A stretch of 64,000 bases of DNA from Podarcis melisellensis (Eukaryota), in assembly GCA_964234715.1 (NCBI GenBank), contig OZ174275.1; one strand, 5' to 3'. The position numbers and the translations under genes are program-made. Shown one piece after another: positions 1-12,900 of the stretch (the stretch's first letter is position 1; the number at the start of each line of letters is the position of its first letter). The notes under the pieces are model-generated. The model searched no databases and was not told the DNA's origin. It saw nothing but the letters and a program-made list of their open reading frames with translations.

Positions 1-25
1 CTACATTTGCCCTATGAGACAAGGT

Positions 26-200
26 TTATTTCATTTTATTATTACGTTTATACCCCCACCTTTCCTCCAAGCTCAGGGTAGTGTATGGTTCCTCTCTTCG
101 TTTTAGCCTCCCAGTCCTGTGAGGTGGCTTTGGCTGAGAAACAGTGAGGGGCCCAAGGTCATCTCCTGAGCTTCATGCATAACTGGGGATTTGACCCCTG
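26..200 (-). mobile_element. Older tRNA-derived SINE remnant, interrupted by the SINE at 215
   Basis: Reverse B-box GGGTCAAATCCCC near 185-197; A-rich tail (plus-strand TTTATT) near 26-50. Confidence 0.5.
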
Positions 201-214
201 CCTTACTCTGACAA

Positions 215-575
215 AAGGGACGCAGGTGGCGCTGTGGGTTAAAGCCTCAGCGCCTAGGACTTGCCGATCGAAAGGTCGGCGGTTTGAATCCCTGCGGCGG
301 GGTGCGCTCCCGCTGCTCGGTCCTAGCGCCTGCCCACCTAGCAGTTCGAAAGCACCTCCGGGTGCAAGTAGATAAATAGGGACCGCTTACCAGCGGGAAG
401 GTAAACGGCGTTTCCGTGTGCGGCTCTGGCTCGCCAGAGCAGCGATGTCACGCTGGCCACGTGACCCGGAAGTGTCTTCGGACAGCGCTGGCCCCTGGCC
501 TCTTGAGTGAGATGGGCGCACAACCCCAGAGTCTGTCAAGACTGGCCCGTACGGGCAGGGGTACCTTTACCTTTA
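215..575 (+). mobile_element. Sauria-type SINE, full length
   Basis: GGGACGC..GGTGGCGCTGTGG tRNA-like head, B-box, TACCTT tail; 13-bp TSD CTTACTCTGACAA (202-214 / 576-588). Confidence 0.9.
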
Positions 576-2559
576 CTTACTCTGACAAGCAAAGGCTCCT
601 GACTTTTCAAAAACGATACAAAGCTGTTTACATGTAGACACAACTCTGTAGATTGTCCGTGGTGGCTTCTCATGAATGTAAGAACTTAAAATAATGTACA
701 AACAAGCCTCATGGCTTTCAACATCCTAACCTACAATACCTTTTGAGTTTGGGAATAAGGACTGCCTTCATAGTTTTAGATAAGCTTTGTTATAAGATGT
801 ACAAGGTATCCAGTTTATGTTGCTACAGCTGTGACTACTAGTGTGTGAACTTGGCCCAACTGTCAGCTAGACAAATCTACCCTGATTTAAAGTGAGGAGC
901 ATACAATCAAGGGTCCCACAACATGAAAGACACTGCAGAAACTTAAAATTTGGACTACAGTTCGCATAATCTCCAACTACTGGCCATGCTGGCTGGAGAT
1001 GTGAAGTGTAGTCCAAGGCATTTGAAAACCCTGAGCTAGGTTATTATCTCAGCACCTCTTATAAACCAATATTCTTGTGTTAATACACACCTTGAAAAAC
1101 TTTTTACTGTATATAAAATAAGTGCTGGGGAACTTACGGTGCTGCAGATGTTGCTGGTATCAAACTCCCATCAGGTGCATGCATGGCCAAGTTGGGATGA
1201 TGAACTATTCCCCCCCTCTGATCTATTTATTTATATTTTACAAGATGTATATGCTGATAATCAATAAAAACTCCCATGTGGTTTTCATAGAATATAGTTG
1301 TAATAAAATGCCAGTGAAATAAAACTTTGAAACCAAGAAGACAGAAAATGTTATCAAACATAAGTAAAATCAGTAGTTTCAAAACAAATACACAAGTTAC
1401 ATGAGTTACATGTCTGCTAAAAAAAGGGACCAATAAAAGACACTATCAGGTCAATTCTGCATTAAAAACTTATGTTTCAGCAGATGGTTGGGAGTTACAT
1501 ACATTAAAATTAATTTTTCAGCAGTAATTTTTGTTGCTCTCGACTTTTTTTTTTGCTGGTTAGGATGCAAACTGTTAATTTTGATGGTGAGATTAATGTT
1601 ACCAACATCAACTCCAGGGAGCCATGCAGCTAACTTTACCTTTTATTGCTGCACTGCTGTTGCTAATTTAGCATTGTATGTCCATACATATCAAGCATAC
1701 ATTCTTGTTTTCAAGTGTTCAGTGTTGCTTTTTCGATAAACCATACATTGAAGCTGCTTTATAGCAGTCAGGCCACTTGTTCATCATGAATAGGCTTCCC
1801 CAACCTGGTGCCCCCTCCAGATTGGACTCTTAAACCATCACCCTCAGACAGCATGATCAATGATCAGCAGATGACAGGAGTCCTCATCTCACACATCTGA
1901 AGGGCATCAGATTAATACCTGACAGCAACTCTCCAGTTCAGCGGGATCCTGCCTGGAAATGCTAGGATCCAGTTATGGCCCTTTCCCTTTTTGTGAAGGG
2001 TTGTGGTAAAACAGACCATTATTCAGTTTTTTATTGTTCTTTGATTAGTTAGGCTGTCACTTCTATCATTGCGTAACAGGTCAATTACATATAATTTGTC
2101 TCCTAGAAGTGGTATGGTTCCCATTCTTGAGATTCCATTCCTTCCCGCCTCCCCCAGTAATTGTAACAATACAATTCACTAGGTGGGATCTAGATTAAGT
2201 TTGGCAACTTTGTTTTTACTTCAACTTGTATTTTGTTGGTGTTTTATTGTACTCTATTTAAATTATTACTGTTAGTCACAGCAACATTTGGTGGAAACGT
2301 AGGCTACAAATTTAACAAATTGTACTTAGGGACTTCAGTTAGTCATAACTAACATGACTAACTTGATTTCAACAAACTCAAGTGCAACCAGCTTATTCTA
2401 GATCCAACTCAACACTATATAGTTTGGCCAGTGTGCAGAATTTGAAGCTGTATTTCCATACTGGGAAGTTTTTTGCCAGATCAACAAGCCAACTAATCCA
2501 TTACTTCCAGAAATGAAATAGAAGTAGTAGTATATTTTGAAACATAATTAAATAATCAA

Positions 2560-3899
2560 AATCCAGATCAAATATATACATTTTTAATATCTGAAATATT
2601 TACATGATGGAACCATTTATAGGATCCCATTTATTAAGAACAGTTTTTTTTCCAGCTGTCTTCTTATAATGCATGTACTCAGTAACTCAGTGTCATGGTT
2701 GCACCTCCTAAATAGGTCAACCTGTATCCTTCAGGTAAAGAGATATCAGAAGAGCAGTATTTTAAAAAGTGAGAATTGTTGCTTCCTGGAAAGTGTTCAT
2801 CCTGCAATCAAGAAGGCCCATAGCGTACAGTCTTTCTACTTGTGAAGATTTTAAAAAATGCAGTTTACAGTACATTGTTATTGATACCACATCAGCATAT
2901 GTATAAAACTCATACAGAGTAAGAGGACAAGAAATATCATCCTCTATCCGACAGACAGCTTACAGTACAAAAAGGAAGTCACAACTGACTTGATGACTTA
3001 CATAAAAACAAATTTCTCCATTGTTCGAAAGCATATGATTTTAACATTGTAAACTGTTGTGCTCAAGTTACATTTTCAAACCTTTTCTATCCACAAGTTT
3101 CCCAAACCTGTCTATGGATTTTATTTTAAATAATTAAAAAAGAATACTTTAGATGTCAGACTTGTATTAGTAGGAAGCTAAAATTAAATAAATTTGTGCA
3201 CTAGTTATCCTTGATTAAAAACACAACTGAGTATGAAATTCTGTCACCACCGTAACTGAACAAAAGGCCTCATGTAACGAGCAGGAGGAAATTTATCAAT
3301 GGCTTTACAAGAATGCCTGAGTTGAAGCAAGTCCACCATGTTTTTCTACAGATTCCTCTAGAAATATTAGAAAGTCCAACAAGGGAATGATCCCCTATCC
3401 ATGCAGATGAAAACTGTGTGCCAACAAAATGACTCCCATCCATTTTTAGAATTTTAAAGTTTATTCTAATATTTTAAAATGGAGAAGGGAAAGAAGAGGT
3501 TGGTGTATTTACATAAAATTCAATTATTTTGGTTTGTGGTAAGCACAGATGTTTCTAAAACATGGGTCTTTTCAATATTTACAAGGAACAGTTTAGAAGA
3601 TGAATATCAGAGACTGTGTACAGCAGCTGCAGTAGTTTATGAAACAATACCTGTAACTGTACCTGGTGAGTGAAAAACCACCAATGCAGAAGTCAGATAA
3701 TTACAACCAAGGAAGCTGGGGTGAGGGTGGGAGGGAGGGAGAGGGGACCTCAGTGTAACAAGATGGAAAAAAATTCACATTTTCTACATTTAAAAAATAC
3801 AGGTCTCACAAATGTCTCTTGAAGACAGAGAAACTTCAAAGTTCTTCAGTGATGCAGAACAAAAGTTGAAATGGCGCCCCCAAAACAAAAAGGGATTCT
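2560..3899 (-). other. RBM25: RBM25 3' UTR (distal end approximate)
   Basis: AU-rich sequence with no recognisable repeats after the stop; minus-strand AATAAA near 3460, 3120 and 2630, ATTAAA near 2583. Confidence 0.55.
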
Positions 3900-3992
3900 T
3901 TATTTCACCAGCCCAATTTTTTTGGCTTCTGTTTCATATATTAATAACCTCCACATTTTGACTATAAAAACTTCAGCTTCTTCATCTAGCAC
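3900..3992 (-). CDS. RBM25: RBM25 exon 19 coding part (stop)
   Basis: VLDEEAEVFIVKMWRLLIYETEAKKIGLVK*. Confidence 0.95.
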   Translation of the reverse strand: MLDEEAEVFIVKMWRLLIYETEAKKIGLVK

Positions 3993-6900
3993 CTACACCA
4001 AAAAAGAAGAAAATAGGGCATTAAAAACCAGAGGAAAAAGTACATCTCTCTGAATACATTTAGTGAAGGTGATTCTCACAGAAGAGCTCTAAGTTACACA
4101 AATTCGAAATTCTGGATGTGGCATGTTTTTCCTTTACTCACCATAGCAACATCATCCAAGATGCTCTGCGGTGAACTATGAGCCATAACCTGAAAAAGAG
4201 AGGCATATCAACATTGAGAACACAGCACTTGTATGACTGAAAATTGAACCATGCAAGATTTAGAACTGTTACCCGCATAACAGTAACATTCTAGCAGGTA
4301 GCAAACACATGTATCTTAAAATAAAATCCATGAAAAGCAAGCCCGTTGCTTTCAATTTTAAATAAGGTTGTTTGCTCCAGGGGAAGCTTCTGAGAATGGA
4401 AGCAAGCGCTGTGATTTTTACTGTTTCCCCTCTTCCCTCTGTAGCTCCTTGCACCTCAAAAACCTGTTCCAGAGGATTGGGGGGGGGCTTTTGGAAGAGC
4501 ATGGGAGGTGTTCCAGGTATGTAGGAGAAATAGGAAATTTGGGAAACGGCTTCTCTTCCCAATCCATTCACAAAAGCCTCTGCTGATAAAAAACCCTTAT
4601 TGTGAGTAGAAACACAACTGGATACAACCCTAAATGATTTGAAAGGTGGACCAAAAGGCATTTTTAGTTTCAACTCCCTTGTTCGATTCATAACAGGTAT
4701 TTGATTGCATTTGTGAGTGACCGAGGTAGACCAAGAACAGGGAGAAAGGAAAGTTACCACTTGTGTCCTGCCACCTTAGTTAACTCAAAACAAAACCCTC
4801 ACACAGTTTGCAGTCATGTTGGAGCAGACTGTAGTTCCCAAAATAACTGATGCACAAGCCTGCAGGTTATGTGTGCAAGTCTAGTATCAGGCTTTTGAAC
4901 CATCAGTTTAAAAAACAACATAGTTATATATTTATGCATAGAAGGCAACACACTGTTAGTAGTTTACTTTGGGCAAATACTGTGAAATGAAAGTGCACGG
5001 ATTGGGAGGTGGAGAGAAAGTTACCACTGTACCTACCTGAAGGGTAGATTTGCTTGTCCAGTGTAGTATCACTGAGTTGGGCTTCCTTGCGCCTCCAGTG
5101 GATGAAGGGAGGAGTACCTTTTACAGGAAATAGGCTGACTCCTCTCTAGTTTTGCGTACTCACTGAGCATGAACAGTCCAGAAATGAAACTCAGACTAAT
5201 GTTAACCTATATCCTACAACTGAAAGCCGACCGTGCTAGCAGAGGTGGAAAGAGATGTTGCAGGCTATGCAAGGGTGTGGCCTCGGTGATGCTACATTGG
5301 ACAAGCAAATCGACTCTTCAGATAGGTACAATGGTGCTATTTCACTTGCCCATGTAGCATCACTGGGTTGGGATGTACAAAAGCCCAACTAAGTAGGGTG
5401 GATCCCAACAGCAACAACTTACTACTCCAGCCAATGCTGTTTCAGAGGAAGCAAAGGGTGTGAGACAGGCATGCTGTAGAAGTAGTACTGGGTGGCCAGA
5501 CATGCTGCCTGAAGTTTGAGCCAGTCAATGCTGTGCTGTGACTCAAAGGGTCTCCCATCCATCTGGACCAGTTGCCCCTCACAATGTGCTCCAATGCACT
5601 CATGTGATGCTGAGACTGCCATCCTACCTTATAAAGGGGATATTAGCTCCATTGGTGAAGGGAATGCCACACACAGCTGTGGTGTCCTCTAGGCCTGGTC
5701 TAGCCTGCTCAGGAGTGTTTGGCCTACTTCAGGCTGTGGTGGCTTGGGTGCATAGGGGCTGGGAAACAGCTCATACTTTGACTAGTGATGACAGTACAGT
5801 GGTACCTCAGGTTAAGAACTTAATTCGTTCTGGAGGTCCGTTCTAAACCTGAAACTGTTCTTAACCTGAGGTACTACTTTAGCCATTGGGGCCTCCCGCT
5901 GCCGCTGCGCGATTTCTGTTCTCATCCTGAAGCAAAGTTATTAACCTGAGGTACTATTTCTGGGTTAGCGGAGTCTGTAACCTGAAGCGTCTGTAACCAC
6001 TGTACACATTTCTAAAAATCCACCTCAGCCAATGACACCTCTGTTAGGGCTAAAAATTAAAGCCTGCAGAGAGGTAGATCTCACTGTATCACTGCTGCTA
6101 AGGAGGGCAATCCAATTATCCCTAAAAGGGGGGGGGGGGGGAGCTTCTTGTGTCTCCTTCTCAGAAGCCAGTCTGTGAAGATGAGGGAAAGGAAGTCTAA
6201 TTTTTATTTTTAGTATTTATACATAGAAAGAACAGTAGAAATAGCGGAATCACACAAGAAAATTGCTAAGCTGAAATGAAAGAGTAAAAGGAGCCAGCCT
6301 ATTTGCTGTAAAGGCTATTCCTGACTTAGTCCAGAGGTGCAAGTAAGTCCAACTGGCAAGCAAAATTATAGCACCAGCCACCTAAAATATGTATTTATGA
6401 AGAAGTTTACCTTTGAACAAACAAAGTCAACTAGCGTTGCTTCTTCTTCACCAATATATTCTATTATTTTCTTGTTGATCCATGGTCTAATTCGACGTTC
6501 CATTAATGTCTAGAATAGAAAATATTATCATTTTAAATAGTTTCCATATTTTTTTATTTGGACCATACATTGCTTTCATCCCTTGTCACTTATAAAAGGC
6601 AAAAGTAAAGATAAAAGTAAATGACCCCTGGATGGTGAGGTCCAGTCAAAGGCTGGGGTACAGTGCTCATCTCGCTTCAGGCTGAGCGAGCCAGCATTTG
6701 CCCAAAGACATCTTTTCAGGTCATGTGGAGAGCATGACTAAACTACTTCTGGCGCAACAGAACACCGTGACAGAAGCCAGAGCGCACAGAAACACTGCTT
6801 ACCTTCCTGCCACAGCGGTACCTATTTATCTAATTGCACTGGTATGCTTTTGAACCGCTAGGTTGGCAGAAGCTGGGACAGAGCAATAGGAGCTCACCTC

Positions 6901-9900
6901 ATCAATTGGATTCGAATCACCAACCTTCAGATCAGCAAGCTCAAGAGGTTCAGTGGTTTAAACCACAGCACCACTCACGTCCCTTTGTCACTTATAGCAA
7001 CAATACTGTATTAATATTGAAAGAAAATCTCTGCTAGTTCAGACTAAAGGCCTATCTAGTCCTGCAACCTGTTTCCCAGAAAGGCCAACCAGATGCCTCT
7101 GGGAAACAAACATGTAGGACATGAATGAAATAGCCCTGTTCCCACTGTTCCCCAGTGACTACTACTGATGAATTTTGCCTCCAGATCCTGGAGGCAGTAT
7201 AAAGCCGTTATGCCTAATAGCTACTGAAAGCCTTCTCTATGAATTTGTCTAATCGCATTTTAGCTGGTGTCTATGACCACATCTTGTAATGTAGTGTGTA
7301 AAGAAGTTCCTATTGTGTTTATGACTGCAAGATTTAAATGGGCTTACATCAGTAAATAAACCAAGTAAAGCTTGAATTAATTTTAACTACTGGTTTTTTT
7401 AGATTTATCTGCTTCTGGTGTTTAATTATAGCAGAATGAAATAGAAAAAATGTTTGAGGTTGCAACCCTACACACCTGGAAATAAGTCCCACTGAACTCA
7501 ATGAGACTTACTTCTAAAACAATATGCATAGGACTGCAGAGTTAAGATGGCAATTCCTTTATCAAAATTTGCTTTAAATTCCTTCGATTTCAAGGCATGT
7601 ACAGTATGTAACATGTAAAAAAAATTAAGTAGATCAGTTAAAAGACAAAATGTTTATGAACTTAACATTATTTAATTGGTAGCTAGCACTTGCCAAACTT
7701 GTAAGCCAGGATCCATAATAGGACATGGGCAGATGTATCAATACAACAGGTTTTAGTTGTCTCCCTTTGCCTGCAGCAGATCTCATCAAGGAGACAAGTT
7801 TGACTGAACAGCAACTTACTTCTTGCCTGCTATATATTCCATGCTACCACTACTAAATGATCTGATATATAAGTGAATGGCTTGAATCCAGAATTCTCTT
7901 TCACTGATTAAAGTACAGTGAGCAGAAGTGATTTCCTCTTCCCCCCAGCCTCTTGCGTCCTCCATACAGTGGTACCTCGGGTTAAGTACTTAATTCATTC
8001 TGGAGGTCCGTTCTTAATCTGAAACTGTTCTTAACCTGAAGCACCACTTTAGCTAATGGGGCCTCCTGCCGCCGCTGGAGCACAATTTCTGTTCTCATCC
8101 TGAAGCAAAGTTCTTAACCCGAGGTACTATTTCTGGACAAAAAAAATTCCTTCCAGTAGCACCTTAAAGACCAACTAAGTAGCACCTTAAAGACCAACTA
8201 TTTCTGGGTTAGCGGAGTCTGTAACCTGAAGCGTATGTAACCCAAGGTACCACTGTAATGTGTTCCATAGGTTTGGGGGAATTTCCAGAACATTGTGGGA
8301 GAGCTTTAAGATGAACAAGTGAATATTGTCTCCCCTTCCTACTGCTAGTGGAATCCTTTGCTAGACTGGAAGCCTTTCACAAGCAGAGGGGCACTTAGAA
8401 ACTTAGGATCCAAGCCAATCTTTGCATTTCGGTACTAACTAACTAACTATCTACACCAGCCACTCTGGGCGGCTTTCAACAGAACATAATTAAATTAATT
8501 TTAAATAAAATAAAATAAAATAAAATAAAATAAAATAAAATGATGTGACATGCCTATGTTTAGGGTAGTATTTTTTTCTAGTTAAAGATAAATAGCAGGC
8601 ATGTGGGCTTGGTTATGTACCGAAATAAGGATTTTCCCACAGAGCTCATATTATTCAATAAGGTGCATAAATTTTACCTATACTCAGTGTTGAACCACAA
8701 GAGCTGGCAAATTAGTGCAACACATGTCCTGTAGTTCACACTCAAGATTTTGTAAAAATTTACACTTACTGAATCCACAATAGACCAGTCAAGAGGATAA
8801 GCAAAGAGTTCTGGTTTGGCTGTGGGAATTTTCTCAATTAGACTCTTAATGTGCTTGCGCTTCTCCTCAGTATTGACGCTGCCTTTGGAGGAGCCTTTGT
8901 CTTCATCACCATAATCCAGGGGCACCAGTTTCCTTTTTCGGGGCATGTCATCACTGTCTTCATCCTCAAACTTATTGAAGACACTGTCCACAGTGAGTTT
9001 CTTTCTTTTCACGGCATTGGGTTGGTTAGGACTATTGCAGGCACCTAAAATATAAAGAAGATTCATTCTAATATATTTAAACACAATCTGGAGACTCTTC
9101 CAAATTCAGGTAAGAGCTGCACTTTTAAAAACAATGGGATATCAACAAAATAATAATAATAAAAGACTGGGGGGGGGGAATCAACCACAGAGCAAAGTGG
9201 CTAAGATTAAAGAGTTTATTCTATGCTGCTTCACTCAACTGCTCTGCTCTCAAATGGATCAATAATAATTATACAATCAAAAGGCTCAAAGAAGGGAAGC
9301 ACAGAATCTGACTTCCTATCTTTGTGCCCTACTTCCTCACATGGATAGAAACAAGAAAAAAAACTTGCCCAATTTGAGGCTAAGCCCTATTTTAGGCCTG
9401 TACTCCTCTGGCTGCTGCTGATCTGGCGAGTTTTCATGTGGGATGATAATACCACAGGGAGATTCATCCCCAGGAGTGTTGGGAGTTGCATTGCCACTTG
9501 CTGAGGAAACAGATGGGGCAGAGCTGATGGGTCGCAAGGTTGGTTTAAGGCAGGGCTTTTGCTCTGGCTCTTCCTCCTCTTCTTCGGGTTCTTCCCTCTT
9601 CTCTTCCTTTTCTTGCTTTTCCTCCTCCTCTTCCTCAGATTCTGGCTCCTGTTTGGTTTGTGGCTGTCGACGCCTTTCAGCCTCTTGTTCCATCTATGGA
9701 ACAAAATTGTGGTCTTATGCACATTCTTCACCAAATGCACTTATTAGGAGTTAAAACATGCAAAGCAAGCCTGGCTGTCCCCGTAAATGGATAATCCTAG
9801 TTAATCCGAGGCAGTTTTTTAAAAGCTCAATTTTATTTGGCTTTATAAGTAAGGAATAATCCAGATTAACAATACTATGATACTTATATAAAGAGATCTG

Positions 9901-12900
9901 AAACAAAAAACTGCTTTCCACATGAACATGGGGATAAAGCCAGGACATGTCAACCAACAGGGTCAGTCACAAATCTCTAGCTTACCAATAGTCGACTACA
10001 TGACACGGTCTACTATTATAAAAATGCTCATTCACCACACTTTGCCAAAAAAGGCATTCCTTACCCTCTGTAGCTCTGCATCTGGATCTGGGTGTCCTTC
10101 CGCAAGAAGACGTTGCCGGATTTCTTCCAGTTCTTCCTTTTCCCTTTTCCTATCTCTTTCATCTGCTTCCATTTCCTTTTCCCTATCTCGCAATCGCTTC
10201 TGCAGAGCGCTTCCCCTGTAACATGTATTCACTTTTGTTTTAAAGGTCTCGTGGCACTTGTTTCCCACAAATATTTGTCAAAAACAGCACACCATAAGCA
10301 CCCGATACAGAATATTGACTGTAAAGTTTCATGTTTCATTCCCTACATCAGAGAAATAAAATACTCTGTTTGGAGTAGGATTTAGCCATGTACTTCTTTG
10401 CACCTGGATTCTTACAAGAACATGCCAGGAAGGAATAGCAATTCTTAAAACTAGGGAAATAAAAGATCCTTTAGTTTGAAAGTGATTACGAGTCTCCTCA
10501 TTCTTCCAACACAAAGTTATCTGAATATGTTCAGTGCTTTTCATAAAAGAGGTGCATATTTGCTAGGATTTATCTAATGATCACTCTTATTGGTGCTGCA
10601 TTAAATTTACAAATTTGGGGCTGCCATCTCCATCATTGAACACACAGGTTTCCTTTGTGGCGTGGAGCACCTTTGGCCAGCTTAACCTGATTCACCCACT
10701 ACATGCCCCACATTGGGCAGAAATGTCCCTGTGTTGCAGTGGGTTCGACTAGATGACCCTCATGATCCCTTCCAACTCTACAATTCTATTATTCTAAATC
10801 ACATTGTCTGTAAACCTCTCCTACTCATCACATGTTGGAACACAAGGTTTCCTACGTATGTCTTTCTGATAGGAGTCGTGTTGACGAAACCTGAGAACAC
10901 AAACTGATTTATCTTGTGAACCGCCCTGAGACCTGCGGGTATAGAAGGGTATACAAATTTAATAAATAAATAAAAATCTCCTGCAGTTCATGCTAAGCAT
11001 ACCTATAGTATTTTGGATCATCTCTGTCATCATCATAATCTTCTAGAAATTCTTTTAGACGCTTAGCTTCTTTTGCCTGTAAGAGAGTTGAAAACATTTA
11101 ATTAATTTCAGACCGAAATTAGCTCGTCACCCTTGAAGGAGTAGAAGTTATTCCTTGCCAGAAAGTTTCTAGAGTAGCACCTTCCTTTAAGTTGATAGTA
11201 AGTCACTACTAGTTTGCTTTTCCTGCTTCTGGAACTGTATTTCCTCCTCACAAACTACTGAACCCTCTGAAGCTGGAGTTGAGAGTGGACTTTCCAGTTC
11301 TGAACTAAAGTGTAGAGGCATGAGATAAGTTAGCCAGGCTTTGCATAAGGGACCTGAAATAATCGCTTTGAGTGCAAATCTGCCTCAAGTAGCCTGTCAG
11401 TTCTGGCTAGGATGCAAGAGAACCAAGTTAATGATCTCTAAATGCATGAGAGGAATTTGGGCATGCATTTTAGAAAGCAGTTTCCTGTGCCAATCCACTT
11501 TTGAAAACAGTCTACAATATAGCTTTTGAAAATGGATGGGTCCTGCTGTTGAAAGAAACATGTAAAAATGTCACTAGGCATGCAAACTTAGATCCAGCTT
11601 CTGCTCCCGCACAAGTAGGAGCGGAATCAGGGCTGCTTAGCTGGGGAGTGCAAAGCCCCTGTTTCCCAGGTGAGAGATCTCTGACCCCACTCCTGCTTGC
11701 ATGGGAGCAGAAGATGGATCAGCTGAGGAGGTGCTGGCTCCATCACACTTTTCCTGTGAGAGGTGTGTAGCTACGTTCCCCTCAATGGAGAAGTTTAAAG
11801 GAGCACCACCTGGCAAGGCGGAGACAGGCGGACAGCTGCATTAGAGGCAGTGCAGGAGTTCTCAAGATGCAGCTGCCGGGCTGCAGAACGGGATCATGGC
11901 TTTCTCAGCTTGGAAGGGCTTGAACTCCCCAGGTGAGCAATCCCACTCCTACTTGCATGCAAGCTGGAGTGGGAGCGGGCATCTCTCAGGTGGGAAGTGG
12001 ACCTTTTCACTTTATAAGGAACAAAGTCTGTAAAGCAGCCAAACACTTTCTTTTTGCATAATGCTTTTTTAAAAATTGTGGCAACATACAGACTCAGCTA
12101 TTTTGCATTCACATTTGTGAGCTACCACTTAAGTCACAAAAATATTACGACTACTACTACTGCCACTACAGGACACCCTTGTATACCAGCATAGAGATTC
12201 TGCCATTTGAGAATCTAATAAAGGCAGTGCAAAAAATAATGAACCCCTTACCATTTCTCTTCGCCTTTCTTCCTCCCTCTCAGCTTCCTTTTCATATTCT
12301 CTAGCTTTTTTCCGTTCTCTGATCTCCCAGTTTTTAAGACGCTGAAACAAAATAATCTGTTTACCATTTACTGAACCAGAGGGGGGGGGGGAAATCTCAT
12401 ATGTCACTTGAGAGAAGCAAAACCATCCACATTTAATTATATCACCCAGTCTTCTATTTCAATACAGAGGTTCTGTAAAATGCTCTGAAGTTTGATGGTC
12501 AATGCTACAAAATTATTAGAATACAGGTATGGGCAGGAAACATGCTCCACGATAATGGAGTTGGATCTTTAACAACTATTATCAGACCTCATTCAGAGAA
12601 CGGGGCTTTCACCCTGAAAAGAGACAACCTCCTTTCAACAAGTGTCTCCTGAGGGAGGATGGGGTACTGGAGGAGAGCGGCTTCAATGCAGGGCTCTGAT
12701 GCCAGTGGGTGGAATGGTAGAGTTAATATTCTTACCCCACCCCCGAAAACCGGGTGCTTTCCATTTGCAACAGAATCCCTTTGAATCCAATCCCCAAATC
12801 AGAAGCAACATCCTCCTATACCTCTTGATAAGCTGCTTCCTTTTCACGGAGCTTCCTTTCCAGTTTGCGCCGCTCATAGGCATCTTCTTCATCCTCTTCT

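Noticed and set aside
175-637. ORFs at 175-637 and 29913-30292
   Set aside because: They lie within GC-rich SINEs; the tRNA-like heads are SINE promoters, not tRNA genes.
4269-4760. 163-aa minus-strand ORF in RBM25 intron 17
   Set aside because: Non-ATG start, no recognisable domain, overlaps a degenerate MITE-like sequence.
9387-9754. Multiple overlapping ORFs across RBM25 exon 15
   Set aside because: The Glu/Lys/Pro-rich exon is stop-poor in other frames.
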